A DNA stretch of 61,503 bases, counting the filler, from a candidate division TA06 bacterium SM23_40 (lineage in GTDB: Bacteria; LJUI01; SM1-40), in the NCBI GenBank assembly GCA_001303705.1. It is 5 parts of 5 records of this genome, joined end to end, with 100 filler letters (N's around TTAATTAATTAA, not from the genome) between each part and the next. Parts side by side here need not be neighbours in the genome. Positions count along the whole stretch, not along the records: positions 47,155 to 61,503 come from LJUI01000087.1; 4 more parts are not named here. One strand, given 5' to 3'. Shown here in pieces: positions 49,430-58,363 of the stretch. Position numbers and translations under genes: made by a program. The notes beneath the pieces were generated by a model that was given only the letters and a program-made list of their open reading frames with translations, was not told the DNA's origin and made no database searches. How positions within the stretch are numbered: position 1 is the first letter of the stretch; every line of letters begins with the position of its first letter.

Positions 49430-51211
49430 ATGCTCGATAGGATCACGGAAGCCGGCTTCGATCTGGATTCGTTCGATCCGAGCGATCTGCAGAGCCTCGA
49501 TCGAGACCAGTTTGCGAAGACCGGAGCCGCGATTCTCGAGCTCTACCGGGCCGACCGTCAGGAGAACCAGCTTCGCTACTACAAGCCCGTGAGCCCTGCG
49601 GCGCGAAAGATTCACGAGGCGACCGAAACCATCATCGGCGTCGGGGGCGGCAACGGCAGCTCCAAAACCGAGACGTGTATGGTGGAGCTGCTCATTCTCT
49701 CCACGGGCATCATTCCGGACTCGCTGAACGACGGAACGATCGATTGGAAAGCGAAATTCCGCGGACCCAGAAAGCAGCGAATCGTCGTAGAATCGCTGAC
49801 GACAACGCTGCACACGATCATCCTTCCCAAGCTCAAGTGGTGGGTCTGGACGGGGCTAGGGGAGCCCGGAGGGCCGAAGGGGCACTGGGGCTGGCTGCCG
49901 AAATGGGCCTTGATCGATGGATCGTGGGACAAGAGCTGGAGCGAGAAGCTAAGGCTGCTGCGGTTTCTCTGCCGCAATCCGGACGATCCGGACGAAGTTC
50001 TGGGCGAGAGCACGATTCAGTTCATGGCCCACGGCCAGGAGCCGCAGGACTTCGCCTCCGGTGACTTCGACGAGGTGCTCCACGACGAGCCGCCGAGGCT
50101 CGCGATCTGGACCGAGAACGAGGCCCGGACCATGCGTGCGGACGGTCGCATGCTTCTTGCGATGACCTGGCCGGACGATCCTGCCATTCCGGTGGATTGG
50201 ATTCATGACAAGATCTATGCACACGGAAGGGAGCCTGACAAGCGGGAAGACACGATCTGGCTAGAGCTCTCGACATTCGACAATCCCCATCTGAATCAAG
50301 AATCAGTCAGATCGCAGGCCGAGCGCTGGGATTCGGTCACCCGGGCCGTGCGATTCGAGGGCAAGCCGATCCGGTTCAGCAACCGGGTGCATCCGCTGTT
50401 CACCGATCGCGACGCTTGGTGGTGCTTCTCGTGCAAGAAGGACAGCTTCGTCGAGCTGCGTGAAGGCAAGTATCGCTGTGTCGAGTGCAACGGAACCAAT
50501 GTCCAGCTCTACAATCACGTTGCCGCCTTCGACGTCGAGCCGACCTGGCCGACGGTCTATCTGCTGGACCCGCATCCGAGGAAGCCCCACATGATGCTCT
50601 GGGCACAGATTTCGCCGCAGGACGACGTATGGATTCAGAAGGAGCTCGAGCACGACGGAGGTTGCGAGGAGGTATCCGAGCGTGTTATGATCATCGAAGA
50701 GGAGTTCGGATTCCAGGTAGCCAAGCGCTGGATGGATCCCAACATGGGCGCTTCCCCGGCCAATGCCCAGAGACGCGAGCAGACCTGGCAGGACGAGTTC
50801 TCGGATTCTGGCCTTCGCTGCGATCTGGCGGATGATTTCATGGGCGGACGCAAGCGAATCAACACCTATCTCGAGCCAGATCCGCGGACCTATGACGTAA
50901 GGATCCATGTTCACAGGGATCGCTGCCCCACGGTTGTCTCGCAGATGCTTCGCTACTGCTGGGCCGATTACAAGCGAAGCACCGAACGGGATCAGCTTCA
51001 GAAGCCGAGGGACAAGTACGACGACTATCCGACGCTTTTGAAGTACCTGCTGAACTCGAATCCGGAGTTCACGGTTTTGCGAACAGGCTCGCCCATCATT
51101 TCGCGTAGACGCGCGAACATTGAGGCAAGAAAGAATCCCAACAAAAACAGAGGATCGGAATCATGGTCAAGAGAGCAATATTCACGGCGATATTCTACGG
51201 CGCATTGGTAG
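49430..51211 (+). CDS. terL: Terminase large subunit
   Basis: Walker A-like GGGNGSSKT, Walker B VLHDEPP, nuclease LLDPHPRKP, WMDP, KPRDKYDD. Confidence 0.88.
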   Translation: MLDRITEAGFDLDSFDPSDLQSLDRDQFAKTGAAILELYRADRQENQLRYYKPVSPAARKIHEATETIIGVGGGNGSSKTETCMVELLILSTGIIPDSLNDGTIDWKAKFRGPRKQRIVVESLTTTLHTIILPKLKWWVWTGLGEPGGPKGHWGWLPKWALIDGSWDKSWSEKLRLLRFLCRNPDDPDEVLGESTIQFMAHGQEPQDFASGDFDEVLHDEPPRLAIWTENEARTMRADGRMLLAMTWPDDPAIPVDWIHDKIYAHGREPDKREDTIWLELSTFDNPHLNQESVRSQAERWDSVTRAVRFEGKPIRFSNRVHPLFTDRDAWWCFSCKKDSFVELREGKYRCVECNGTNVQLYNHVAAFDVEPTWPTVYLLDPHPRKPHMMLWAQISPQDDVWIQKELEHDGGCEEVSERVMIIEEEFGFQVAKRWMDPNMGASPANAQRREQTWQDEFSDSGLRCDLADDFMGGRKRINTYLEPDPRTYDVRIHVHRDRCPTVVSQMLRYCWADYKRSTERDQLQKPRDKYDDYPTLLKYLLNSNPEFTVLRTGSPIISRRRANIEARKNPNKNRGSESWSREQYSRRYSTAHW

Positions 51212-51366
51212 GCACCCTGGTTGGTGGCATATATGGTTTTTCGATTTCCGCAAGATGCGATGGCTGGACGTGCTTCGGCCCTTGCGGAGGTCCTGGCCAG
51301 TGTCCCGGGTTTGGCTGCGTCTGCGTTGGCTACTCCACGGGCGTCGGGCGCTGCGTCAGCGAGTAG
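51163..51366 (+). CDS. Small exported cysteine-rich peptide (knottin-like spacing)
   Basis: AGGA RBS; MVKR plus hydrophobic signal; 7 Cys in the last 36 aa; fills the gap between terL and the next gene. Confidence 0.7.
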   Translation: MVKRAIFTAIFYGALVGTLVGGIYGFSISARCDGWTCFGPCGGPGQCPGFGCVCVGYSTGVGRCVSE

Positions 51367-51381
51367 CTGAGAGAAGTTGAC

Positions 51382-51573
51382 ATGCCATACACACGGTTCA
51401 AGAGACGCGGGAAGCAGGTCGACGTCTACAAGGACGGCAAAGCGTTCACGAGCCACTCGCCATCGAAAGCGAAGGCTCACAAGACGGCAGCGATGCGGGA
51501 GATGGCCGAGAAGGGAAAGCTCCGAGTCGCCAAGAAACGGAAGAGAAAGCCCCGCCGCACAAGAAGGAAATAA
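51382..51573 (+). CDS. Small highly basic phage protein
   Basis: 63 aa, Lys/Arg-rich tail KKRKRKPRRTRRK; co-oriented and packed. Confidence 0.65.
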   Translation: MPYTRFKRRGKQVDVYKDGKAFTSHSPSKAKAHKTAAMREMAEKGKLRVAKKRKRKPRRTRRK

Positions 51574-51578
51574 ACAAG

Positions 51579-51830
51579 ATGGCTATTACCGTTGTCTGTG
51601 ATGGCGGCTGCGGAGCACAGACCGATAAGCTTGATAACTTTGAGCAGTTCGGAGCCATCAAGAAGGTCTGGTATTGCAGCAACTGCGCCGAGAAGATGAA
51701 GAAGCTCTACAGGACTCGAGATTCACTTCATTCGGATCATGCGGGGCTACTGACCGATGCTCTGCTCTTTGAGATCGACAACTTCAAGAAGGAGTTGCCG
51801 AACGCGACGCTTCCTGATGCGCCCGAATAA
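51579..51830 (+). CDS. Phage zinc-finger-like hypothetical protein
   Basis: CDGGC ... YCSNC. Confidence 0.7.
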   Translation: MAITVVCDGGCGAQTDKLDNFEQFGAIKKVWYCSNCAEKMKKLYRTRDSLHSDHAGLLTDALLFEIDNFKKELPNATLPDAPE

Positions 51831-52245
51831 GAAGAAAATAGGCTGCTGCACGCTATGTGGAAAGGAGGTCTTTGAAATCCTTTCTCGATATCCCCAAGAT
51901 CATCCGCTGGCCGGGGAGCCGCGAAAGCTGGGCAAACCGCTGGAAAGCGCTAGACGAGTTGATCTGGTTCTGATTGGTGGATCGACGGCATCGGTTACGG
52001 TCTGCAGCTCCTGCGAGGTAAGTGACAAGACGCTTCCTAGACTGTGGAAGATATGCTCGGATGCTAGCGGTCAAGAGATAACCGAGCCGGACAGGAGAGC
52101 CGCGAAGGGAATCAGGCAGTTGAAAGAAGAGCAGTATCATGCGGTCGTCGCTTCCGCGATTAGAATCGCTGCGGATCTTCCAATTTCCATTCTTTCAAAC
52201 AGTAGCTGGAAGGAAATCTATGACATCGCCGCCCGTACCGGATAG
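51817..52245 (+). CDS. Phage zinc-finger-like hypothetical protein
   Basis: CCTLC ... VCSSC; overlaps its neighbours in operon fashion. Confidence 0.7.
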   Translation: MRPNKKKIGCCTLCGKEVFEILSRYPQDHPLAGEPRKLGKPLESARRVDLVLIGGSTASVTVCSSCEVSDKTLPRLWKICSDASGQEITEPDRRAAKGIRQLKEEQYHAVVASAIRIAADLPISILSNSSWKEIYDIAARTG

Positions 52246-54625
52246 CCCGCCTAGTCGTAGGCGACGACCGAGGCTTCGCGAGATCAAAGGCGGGACGAGA
52301 AGAACCCGTCCGAGAAGGCTGCAGCTCAAGCCCAAGTACGAGACGATCGCGCAGCGGGTAATCGACTTCGCCAAGCGCGACCGCGAGAACCGACAGGATG
52401 AGCGCGACCGAAGGCTTCAGCGTTGCGCGAAGCTCAGGATGTGGTCGGAAGCGAGCGATCAGTTTCCCTGGCCGGACTCTTCGGACTTCGCGGTTCCGGA
52501 CATGGCAACCGCCTCCTTCCGTACCCAGGATACGCTTCACAATGCGGTCATGAGCCACAGGCCGCCGATGCTCGCGAAGTCTCACCACAAACACAACAAG
52601 GAGAAGGAGGAGACGATCAACGCGCTGCTTGATCATCAGTTCTTCGTTGAGCAGCCGGGGGAGCACATCGTCGAGGAGGCCGCTGACTGCTTCGTCAACG
52701 AAGGTGTGCTGACGCTCTTCGTTCCGTGGGTTCGCGAGCGAAGGCCGGTTAGCGATCTGCGATTCTTCCCCAAGATCCCGCGCGAGATGGAGCCAGACGA
52801 ATATTTCATGGCTCTTCTCGAGCAGGAGTTTCCGAGAACGTCCCATCGACGGCGTGGCGAGGAGGGCTGGGACTGGGAGATCTTCTCTGGAGACGATCGT
52901 TTCGATGTCTCCTTCTACACCGAGCCGAAGACAGAGAGCGTGAGAATGGTCATCGATCGTCAGACGACGATCTTTGATGGCCCACGGGTGATGGTCAAGG
53001 AGATGGACGATGTCCTCTGTCCACCTCGCTGCGCCAATCTCCAGCCCCCCGGACCGTCGAATCCCGAGGGTGCGCCCCACGTCATTCTAGTCGAAAGACC
53101 GACCTTGGATGAGCTTCGTAGGCTCCAGAAGGACGGCTTCTACGATCGCGTCAGCGCAGAGGAGCTGGAGAAGCTCAAAGGCGTGACTCCAGAGAGATCC
53201 GATGATGATATCAGGCAGCAGCAGAAGGACGCGATGACCGGGGAGAGGGATCAACCCGACACGCGAGTCAGCAGCCAAAATCGCTTTGAGATGTATGTCT
53301 GCTTCGATCGATTCGACGTCGATGGCGACGGGCTCGACGAGGATATGATTTGGTGGGTGCTGAAGGAGAAGAAGCTACTTCTGAAGGCTGCGATCATGAC
53401 CGAGATGTACCCGATGAGCCCGCCCTGCAGGCCATTTGCGGAGAGTACGTTCTTGCCTGCGAAGGGTCGCCGGGAGGGAATGAGTTTGCTCGAGATCATG
53501 GAATCGACTCATGATCTGATCAAGGAGCTTTGGGATCAAATGGTCGATGCCGGAACGATGGCAGTCTCCCCGCCTGGATTCTATCGACCGCAGTCGAACG
53601 TCAAGCCGGAAGTCCTCACCTACCTTCCTGGCGACCTCTACCCGCTGAATGATCCAAGCCGCGATGTCTCCTTCCCGCAGGTGGGAAACGCGAATCAGAC
53701 CTTCTCGTTGAATGCAATCACGATCGCCAGACAGCTGCAGAGCGATGTGATCATGATCAGCGATCTGAATCTCGGGAAGATTCCTGCCGGCAAGAGCTCG
53801 GCATTCAGGACGACTGGTACCACAGAGAACATACTGGCGCAGAGCGAGGCACGACCGGAACGGATCCTGCGCCGCTTCTTCATGGCCTTCAAGCAGGCTT
53901 GGTGGATCATGCACGAGCTAGATAAGCACTTGCTTCCGGACGAGAAGAAGTTCAGGATCGTGGGATATAAGCCGGCAGGTCAGGATCCATATCGCGAGAT
54001 CAAGAGCCGAAAGGATATCGAGGGATCCTACGAGTTCGAGTTTCAGGCGAACGTGGCGAACTCCAGCAAGATTGCGCTGCAACAGGCACTCATGCAGGCG
54101 TCCGCTGCCGTGCTCAATCCCGTTGCGATTCAGCTTGGCATAACGAGGCCCGAGGATGTCTATAACCTGATCTATGACATCCTGCGTGCCCTGGGTCTTG
54201 ATAGCGACCAGTATACGAGCCCGCCGATTCCGGAAGCGCATCTTCTGCGCATCTTTGCGGAGGAGGCCATTAGCGCCATCTTGCTGGAGACCGCGCCTTA
54301 TGGGGTTCCGGCCGAGCAGGGAGGCTGGAATGAGCATCTGCTGCGGTTGCGCGAATTCATGAATGACGATGTGCGCTTTGCGGTCGTGGATACGCCCAAG
54401 GCGCAGCAGCTCTTCAGAGCCTATATGGAGAAGGTTAGCGAGGAGGCTGCCCGCGAGCGCGAGAAGGCCCAGCTCGCCGCTGCAGCAGCAGGGACGAGTC
54501 CGGGTCCGCCTGGAAGGTCCGGTCCGCCCGCGGAGGCTCGCCCGAATCTAGCCACTCCGCGGGTTCAACCGGGCGAGCTGATCGAGGAGGCGCTGCCTAG
54601 CGCTGGCGGGGGTGCAAATCGCTGA
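52220..54625 (+). CDS. Portal protein (P22/podovirus-like size and position)
   Basis: 801 aa after TerL; FDVDGDGLDED, RPF..F.P..GR..G.S..E..ESTHD motif, Pro-rich tail. Confidence 0.8.
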   Translation: MTSPPVPDSPPSRRRRPRLREIKGGTRRTRPRRLQLKPKYETIAQRVIDFAKRDRENRQDERDRRLQRCAKLRMWSEASDQFPWPDSSDFAVPDMATASFRTQDTLHNAVMSHRPPMLAKSHHKHNKEKEETINALLDHQFFVEQPGEHIVEEAADCFVNEGVLTLFVPWVRERRPVSDLRFFPKIPREMEPDEYFMALLEQEFPRTSHRRRGEEGWDWEIFSGDDRFDVSFYTEPKTESVRMVIDRQTTIFDGPRVMVKEMDDVLCPPRCANLQPPGPSNPEGAPHVILVERPTLDELRRLQKDGFYDRVSAEELEKLKGVTPERSDDDIRQQQKDAMTGERDQPDTRVSSQNRFEMYVCFDRFDVDGDGLDEDMIWWVLKEKKLLLKAAIMTEMYPMSPPCRPFAESTFLPAKGRREGMSLLEIMESTHDLIKELWDQMVDAGTMAVSPPGFYRPQSNVKPEVLTYLPGDLYPLNDPSRDVSFPQVGNANQTFSLNAITIARQLQSDVIMISDLNLGKIPAGKSSAFRTTGTTENILAQSEARPERILRRFFMAFKQAWWIMHELDKHLLPDEKKFRIVGYKPAGQDPYREIKSRKDIEGSYEFEFQANVANSSKIALQQALMQASAAVLNPVAIQLGITRPEDVYNLIYDILRALGLDSDQYTSPPIPEAHLLRIFAEEAISAILLETAPYGVPAEQGGWNEHLLRLREFMNDDVRFAVVDTPKAQQLFRAYMEKVSEEAAREREKAQLAAAAAGTSPGPPGRSGPPAEARPNLATPRVQPGELIEEALPSAGGGANR

Positions 54626-55029
54626 TGGTCTTTCGGCGCGAGGAGTGGGAGGCGTTCAAGCGGACAGCGGCCATCAGGCGTGAGAGGGACCGCGAGCCGT
54701 ATTATCGGGCTCTGGGCCAGGCCGAGGTGGGCGCTGCCCAGCTGACCAACCATGCGGCCTGGAATTGGTTCCTGCAGCTCTTGGCCTCTGCGAAGGCCGA
54801 GTCGGAGCAGTTTCTTGAGGGCATCAACGCAAATGCCCGAATTTCGGATGATTTTTCCTATGAGACGCTCTCCAAGGTGCAGGCAATTCGACGAGTACTC
54901 GATGCCCGGATCAAGACGCTTGAGGAAGTCATGGCGCTGCCAGCTCAGATCCTAGACGATGCGAAGATCGCCAAAAGGAAGCTGGGTGAGCTTAAATCAG
55001 CGAAATCAAAAGAGAAAGCAGCTGGCTAG
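54625..55029 (+). CDS. Phage hypothetical helical protein
   Basis: TGATG overlap with the portal stop codon. Confidence 0.75.
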   Translation: MVFRREEWEAFKRTAAIRRERDREPYYRALGQAEVGAAQLTNHAAWNWFLQLLASAKAESEQFLEGINANARISDDFSYETLSKVQAIRRVLDARIKTLEEVMALPAQILDDAKIAKRKLGELKSAKSKEKAAG

Positions 55030-55198
55030 GCAGCTTCGAAACATGCGCTGCCCGCGCTGCAGGAAGCTCCTGGCGAGGCTCGATCATGGCCGAGATGGAG
55101 CCGTGGAGATCCTCTGCCCGCGGTGCAAAGCCCTGGTATGGTCCAGTGTGAGCGGAACCAGTTTTTCGGATCCCCACTTGACAGCCACCGCACATTAG
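54986..55198 (+). CDS. Mu Com-like zinc-ribbon regulator
   Basis: MRCPRCRKLLARL..VEILCPRCKAL fits the Com pattern RCxxCxKLL..EIxCPRC; start is GTG 54986 or ATG 55043. Confidence 0.75.
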   Translation: MSLNQRNQKRKQLARQLRNMRCPRCRKLLARLDHGRDGAVEILCPRCKALVWSSVSGTSFSDPHLTATAH

Positions 55199-55250
55199 GT
55201 TATCCGCATTCAATCATAGAGAGAGCCACGGAGCGCCTCTGAGCGCAGGA

Positions 55251-55285
55251 AGGCCGGGCGGCAGCAATGCTCCCCGGCCTTTTTT
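55251..55285 (+). terminator. Intrinsic terminator between the Com-like gene and the scaffold gene
   Basis: AGGCCGGG..CCCGGCCT stem followed by a T-run. Confidence 0.8.
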
Positions 55286-55361
55286 GGCTCTAGGGCTCGC
55301 CCACCTCAAGGGCCGCGTCTGACCGTAGGGGTCTCGTCAACCCGAGAAGCAAGGAGAGATC

Positions 55362-56138
55362 ATGGCACAGCCGACCAGTTTCAAGGCTGATCCGGAAGGT
55401 AAGGCCGCTGGAGAGCAGAGAATTCCCAAGGAGCGCGTGGATGCCATGATCGCGAAGGCCAAGGCCGACGCGGAAGCGAAGGCTGCGGCTGCGGAGGAAC
55501 GCGCTCGTCTGGAGTCGGAGAGGCGCAAGGAGCTGGAGGCCCGCAGCCATGCTCCTGCCGCTCCGGCCCCGAAGTCGGAGGAGAGGGCTCCGCTCTCGCG
55601 GGCACAGCTGAGAGCCCTCGTGGATTCCGGCGAGATCACGCAGGACGAGATGGATGCCGAGCTCGAGCGCCAGATCGAAATGCGGATCGAGAAGCGGGTC
55701 TCATCCATTCAGGATGTGAAGACTAGGGCTGCCAAGATCAACACCGAAATCAGTCAATACATTGAAAGGGTGGGTGATCTAGATAACCCGACCAGTGACA
55801 ACCACAAGCGCGTGAAGGCAGAGTTCAAGGCGCTTCGGGAGCGAGATTTCCCGAATGATGCCACGACCGAGCTTTTAGCATTGCGTGCCGTTTTCGGCGA
55901 TCTCGACAAGATCAGGATCCCGGAGACCGGCCACAAAGAGCGCGAAACGGACAAGACCACGCACAGCGGGGCTGGAGGCGAGGAGCAAGAGGAGACGCCG
56001 TCTGGCCCCGGTCCGCTCAAGGGTCTGAGCAAGGAGTACATCGATCACTACCAGAAAGGGATCGATGCTGGCCGCTACAAAGGCTGGGATGACGAGAGAC
56101 TCATACGGATTCAGAAGAGGGCCTTAGCGAGAGGGTGA
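55362..56138 (+). CDS. Putative capsid scaffolding protein
   Basis: AAGGAG RBS; RIPKERVDAMI motif, charged coiled coil; lies before the capsid genes. Confidence 0.65.
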   Translation: MAQPTSFKADPEGKAAGEQRIPKERVDAMIAKAKADAEAKAAAAEERARLESERRKELEARSHAPAAPAPKSEERAPLSRAQLRALVDSGEITQDEMDAELERQIEMRIEKRVSSIQDVKTRAAKINTEISQYIERVGDLDNPTSDNHKRVKAEFKALRERDFPNDATTELLALRAVFGDLDKIRIPETGHKERETDKTTHSGAGGEEQEETPSGPGPLKGLSKEYIDHYQKGIDAGRYKGWDDERLIRIQKRALARG

Positions 56139-56548
56139 GCACACAGCTGATTCTTCCGAGCACGATCAAGCCTTCACCCAACTGGCGGAAAAGGGCCGGC
56201 CAGTTCGCGATGCGTCTGTCCAAAAACGGCAGGTCCGTCTGGAGGCAGACGAAGCCGAAGAATGCACCTCGGGAACATCCGGGACGCAGGATTGGCAAGC
56301 CAGAGGGCACATACATCATGGATCTCGTGGCTCTCAGGAAGGCGATCCTCTTGTGCTGGAGATGTCAGCCGCGCTTCAACCACAAGCGTGCCAACTACTA
56401 CAAGGATGAGAGATTCCCATACGTTGTTGGTCGCTGCGATGGCTGCAGAAGATTCATGAGCCATCAGGCGAAGCTCTACATTCACGAATCTTTTCTAGGA
56501 GATCCAGGCGGCCGGCTCCGAGCTGGTCAATGTTGGACTCCGCTCTAG
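56135..56548 (+). CDS. Phage hypothetical basic protein with two CxxC motifs
   Basis: LCWRC ... RCDGC; GTGA overlap with the scaffold stop. Confidence 0.65.
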   Translation: MSTQLILPSTIKPSPNWRKRAGQFAMRLSKNGRSVWRQTKPKNAPREHPGRRIGKPEGTYIMDLVALRKAILLCWRCQPRFNHKRANYYKDERFPYVVGRCDGCRRFMSHQAKLYIHESFLGDPGGRLRAGQCWTPL

Positions 56549-56558
56549 GAGAAACATC

Positions 56559-57350
56559 ATGGAATTCGCATATACGCTGAGCGGTGGCGCCCCGGTCAGA
56601 AAGAGGTACATGGCTGGCACCACGATGGCTACTGCTGGAATCCCGGTCCTCGGTGCGGTTGACGCTGCCACTGATCTCGGGAGCGTCGAGCCCATGGCCG
56701 CTAGCACGGCCGTCAACCAGGGAAGCCAGGTTGGTATTCTGCTCGATCCGTCGGGGACCGTTGCCGCAACGGGAATCACGGACTCGGAGGACCTGATGGT
56801 CTCGGTCATTATCAATCCCGATGCGGTGATCCGGGCGAGAATGAACAACGGTACATCATCTGGTACCGCTTTGAGCGTAACCTCGGCCACGGCCGCCGAT
56901 ACGACCGGAGTCACGATCACGGGCGCAACCACATTCGACAATGGCGCTGTCTGGGGGTATTCGGGCAACAATGTTGGCGAGTTCCGCCGCTGTGACGACA
57001 CAGCAGGAAGCCTGTCGATCAACTTCCCGAACGGCATTCTCACGTCCGATGAGTACATCGCGATCCACGGCTTTCCGTGCTCTGTCGAGCTCACGAACTG
57101 GGAATGCTACGACCTGACGACCGATCTCACCGAGATCATTGCCCAGACCGCGGTCACGGACATGGACAACTTCGCGACCGTGGATCTGGAGATGAACGAT
57201 GCTTCCGACGATGGGAGAAACAACAGTTACTACCACCTGATCGCGAACAATCATCTTTTCGGCTCCTGCTCGATTCGGAGACATTCTGGCTCCGGATTTC
57301 GAGGAGATATTCGACGAGGAGTACGCTCAGCACCCCTCGAAGAAGGATGA
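56559..57350 (+). CDS. Putative head decoration/cement protein (3' end uncertain)
   Basis: AGGAG RBS; Thr/Ala/Gly/Asp-rich; VIINPDAVIRAR; last ~28 aa are compositionally different and overlap capsid-like coding in the +1 frame. Confidence 0.6.
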   Translation: MEFAYTLSGGAPVRKRYMAGTTMATAGIPVLGAVDAATDLGSVEPMAASTAVNQGSQVGILLDPSGTVAATGITDSEDLMVSVIINPDAVIRARMNNGTSSGTALSVTSATAADTTGVTITGATTFDNGAVWGYSGNNVGEFRRCDDTAGSLSINFPNGILTSDEYIAIHGFPCSVELTNWECYDLTTDLTEIIAQTAVTDMDNFATVDLEMNDASDDGRNNSYYHLIANNHLFGSCSIRRHSGSGFRGDIRRGVRSAPLEEG

Positions 57351-58164
57351 TCTCTATGGCACTCCCGAGAAGAGCACCAGAGACATCATGAAGTGGAGTG
57401 GAGTCGGCACGTTGCCAGACTTCAACGAGTTTACCGGCTTGATCGAGTACCAGAGCCAGAGCCAAGGCTACGATACGACGGCGACTCACATCGAGTTTGC
57501 GAATGGATGCCAGGTGGAGCGGAAGCTCTTTGATGACGATCAGTACAACGTCTTCAATCAGCGACCGGCTGCGCTCGGAGCATCCGCAGCGAGGACCAGG
57601 GAGAAGCACGCGGCCAGGCTACTGAATATGGCGTTCAGCAACGATACGTACTTCTACAACAACACGGAAGGCGTGGCGCTGTGTAGCAATAGCCATACGA
57701 CCACATCGGGTGCGTCAACTGCGAGCGGATTCGACAACCTCGGGACCGCGTCCATGACAGCGGTCGCGGTTGCTACAGGCCGAATCCAGATGGTCGGATT
57801 CCGCGGCGATCAGGCCGAGCGGATCAGCGTGATTCCGAATCAGCTCTGGTATCCGCCGGATCTCTATGAGAAAGCCTACGAGATCATCAACGCTTCTGGC
57901 AAGGTAGATACTGCGCTCAATAACCCGAACGTTCACGAGGGCAAGTATACCGGACACGAATGGAACTTCCTTACCGACTCGAACAACTGGTTCATGATCG
58001 ATTCTCGTACATCAGCCAGGATGTTCCACTGGATCGATCGAATTGCACTCGAGTTCGGGATGATCGAGGATTTCGACACGCTGATTGCGAAGTTCAGGGC
58101 ATACATGCGATACAGCATCGCCTGGACGGACTGGCGCTGCATCTGCGGATTCCAGGTTTCGTAG
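57241..58164 (+). CDS. Major capsid protein, Mu gpT-like (frame open from 57241; first ATG at 57388)
   Basis: FGDILAPDFEEIFDEEY, RKLFDDDQY, LGASAARTRE..A..L..AF, EGVALCSNSH, P..LWYPPDL, LTDSNNWFMID, RYSIAWTDWR. Confidence 0.85.
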   Translation, partial: SRTIIFSAPARFGDILAPDFEEIFDEEYAQHPSKKDDLYGTPEKSTRDIMKWSGVGTLPDFNEFTGLIEYQSQSQGYDTTATHIEFANGCQVERKLFDDDQYNVFNQRPAALGASAARTREKHAARLLNMAFSNDTYFYNNTEGVALCSNSHTTTSGASTASGFDNLGTASMTAVAVATGRIQMVGFRGDQAERISVIPNQLWYPPDLYEKAYEIINASGKVDTALNNPNVHEGKYTGHEWNFLTDSNNWFMIDSRTSARMFHWIDRIALEFGMIEDFDTLIAKFRAYMRYSIAWTDWRCICGFQVS

Positions 58165-58173
58165 GAAGATCCC

Positions 58174-58362
58174 ATGGCGAATCCGAGATGGAACCCGCAA
58201 AAGAAGAGGAAGGGCCCGCCCACAGGCCAAGAAGGCGGGAAGGTTCCCAGCTGGAACGAGAGGACGGCTGCTTGGCCGGGCGTGCCTGGAAAGACGCAGC
58301 CGCGTGATCGCTCTGGCGGAACGAAGAAAATCAAGCAATCGATGAAGACGGAGGGAGTCTAG
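58174..58362 (+). CDS. Small basic Pro/Gly-rich phage protein
   Basis: AGGA RBS; 62 aa that fill the gap between flanking genes. Confidence 0.65.
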   Translation: MANPRWNPQKKRKGPPTGQEGGKVPSWNERTAAWPGVPGKTQPRDRSGGTKKIKQSMKTEGV

Positions 58363-58363
58363 G

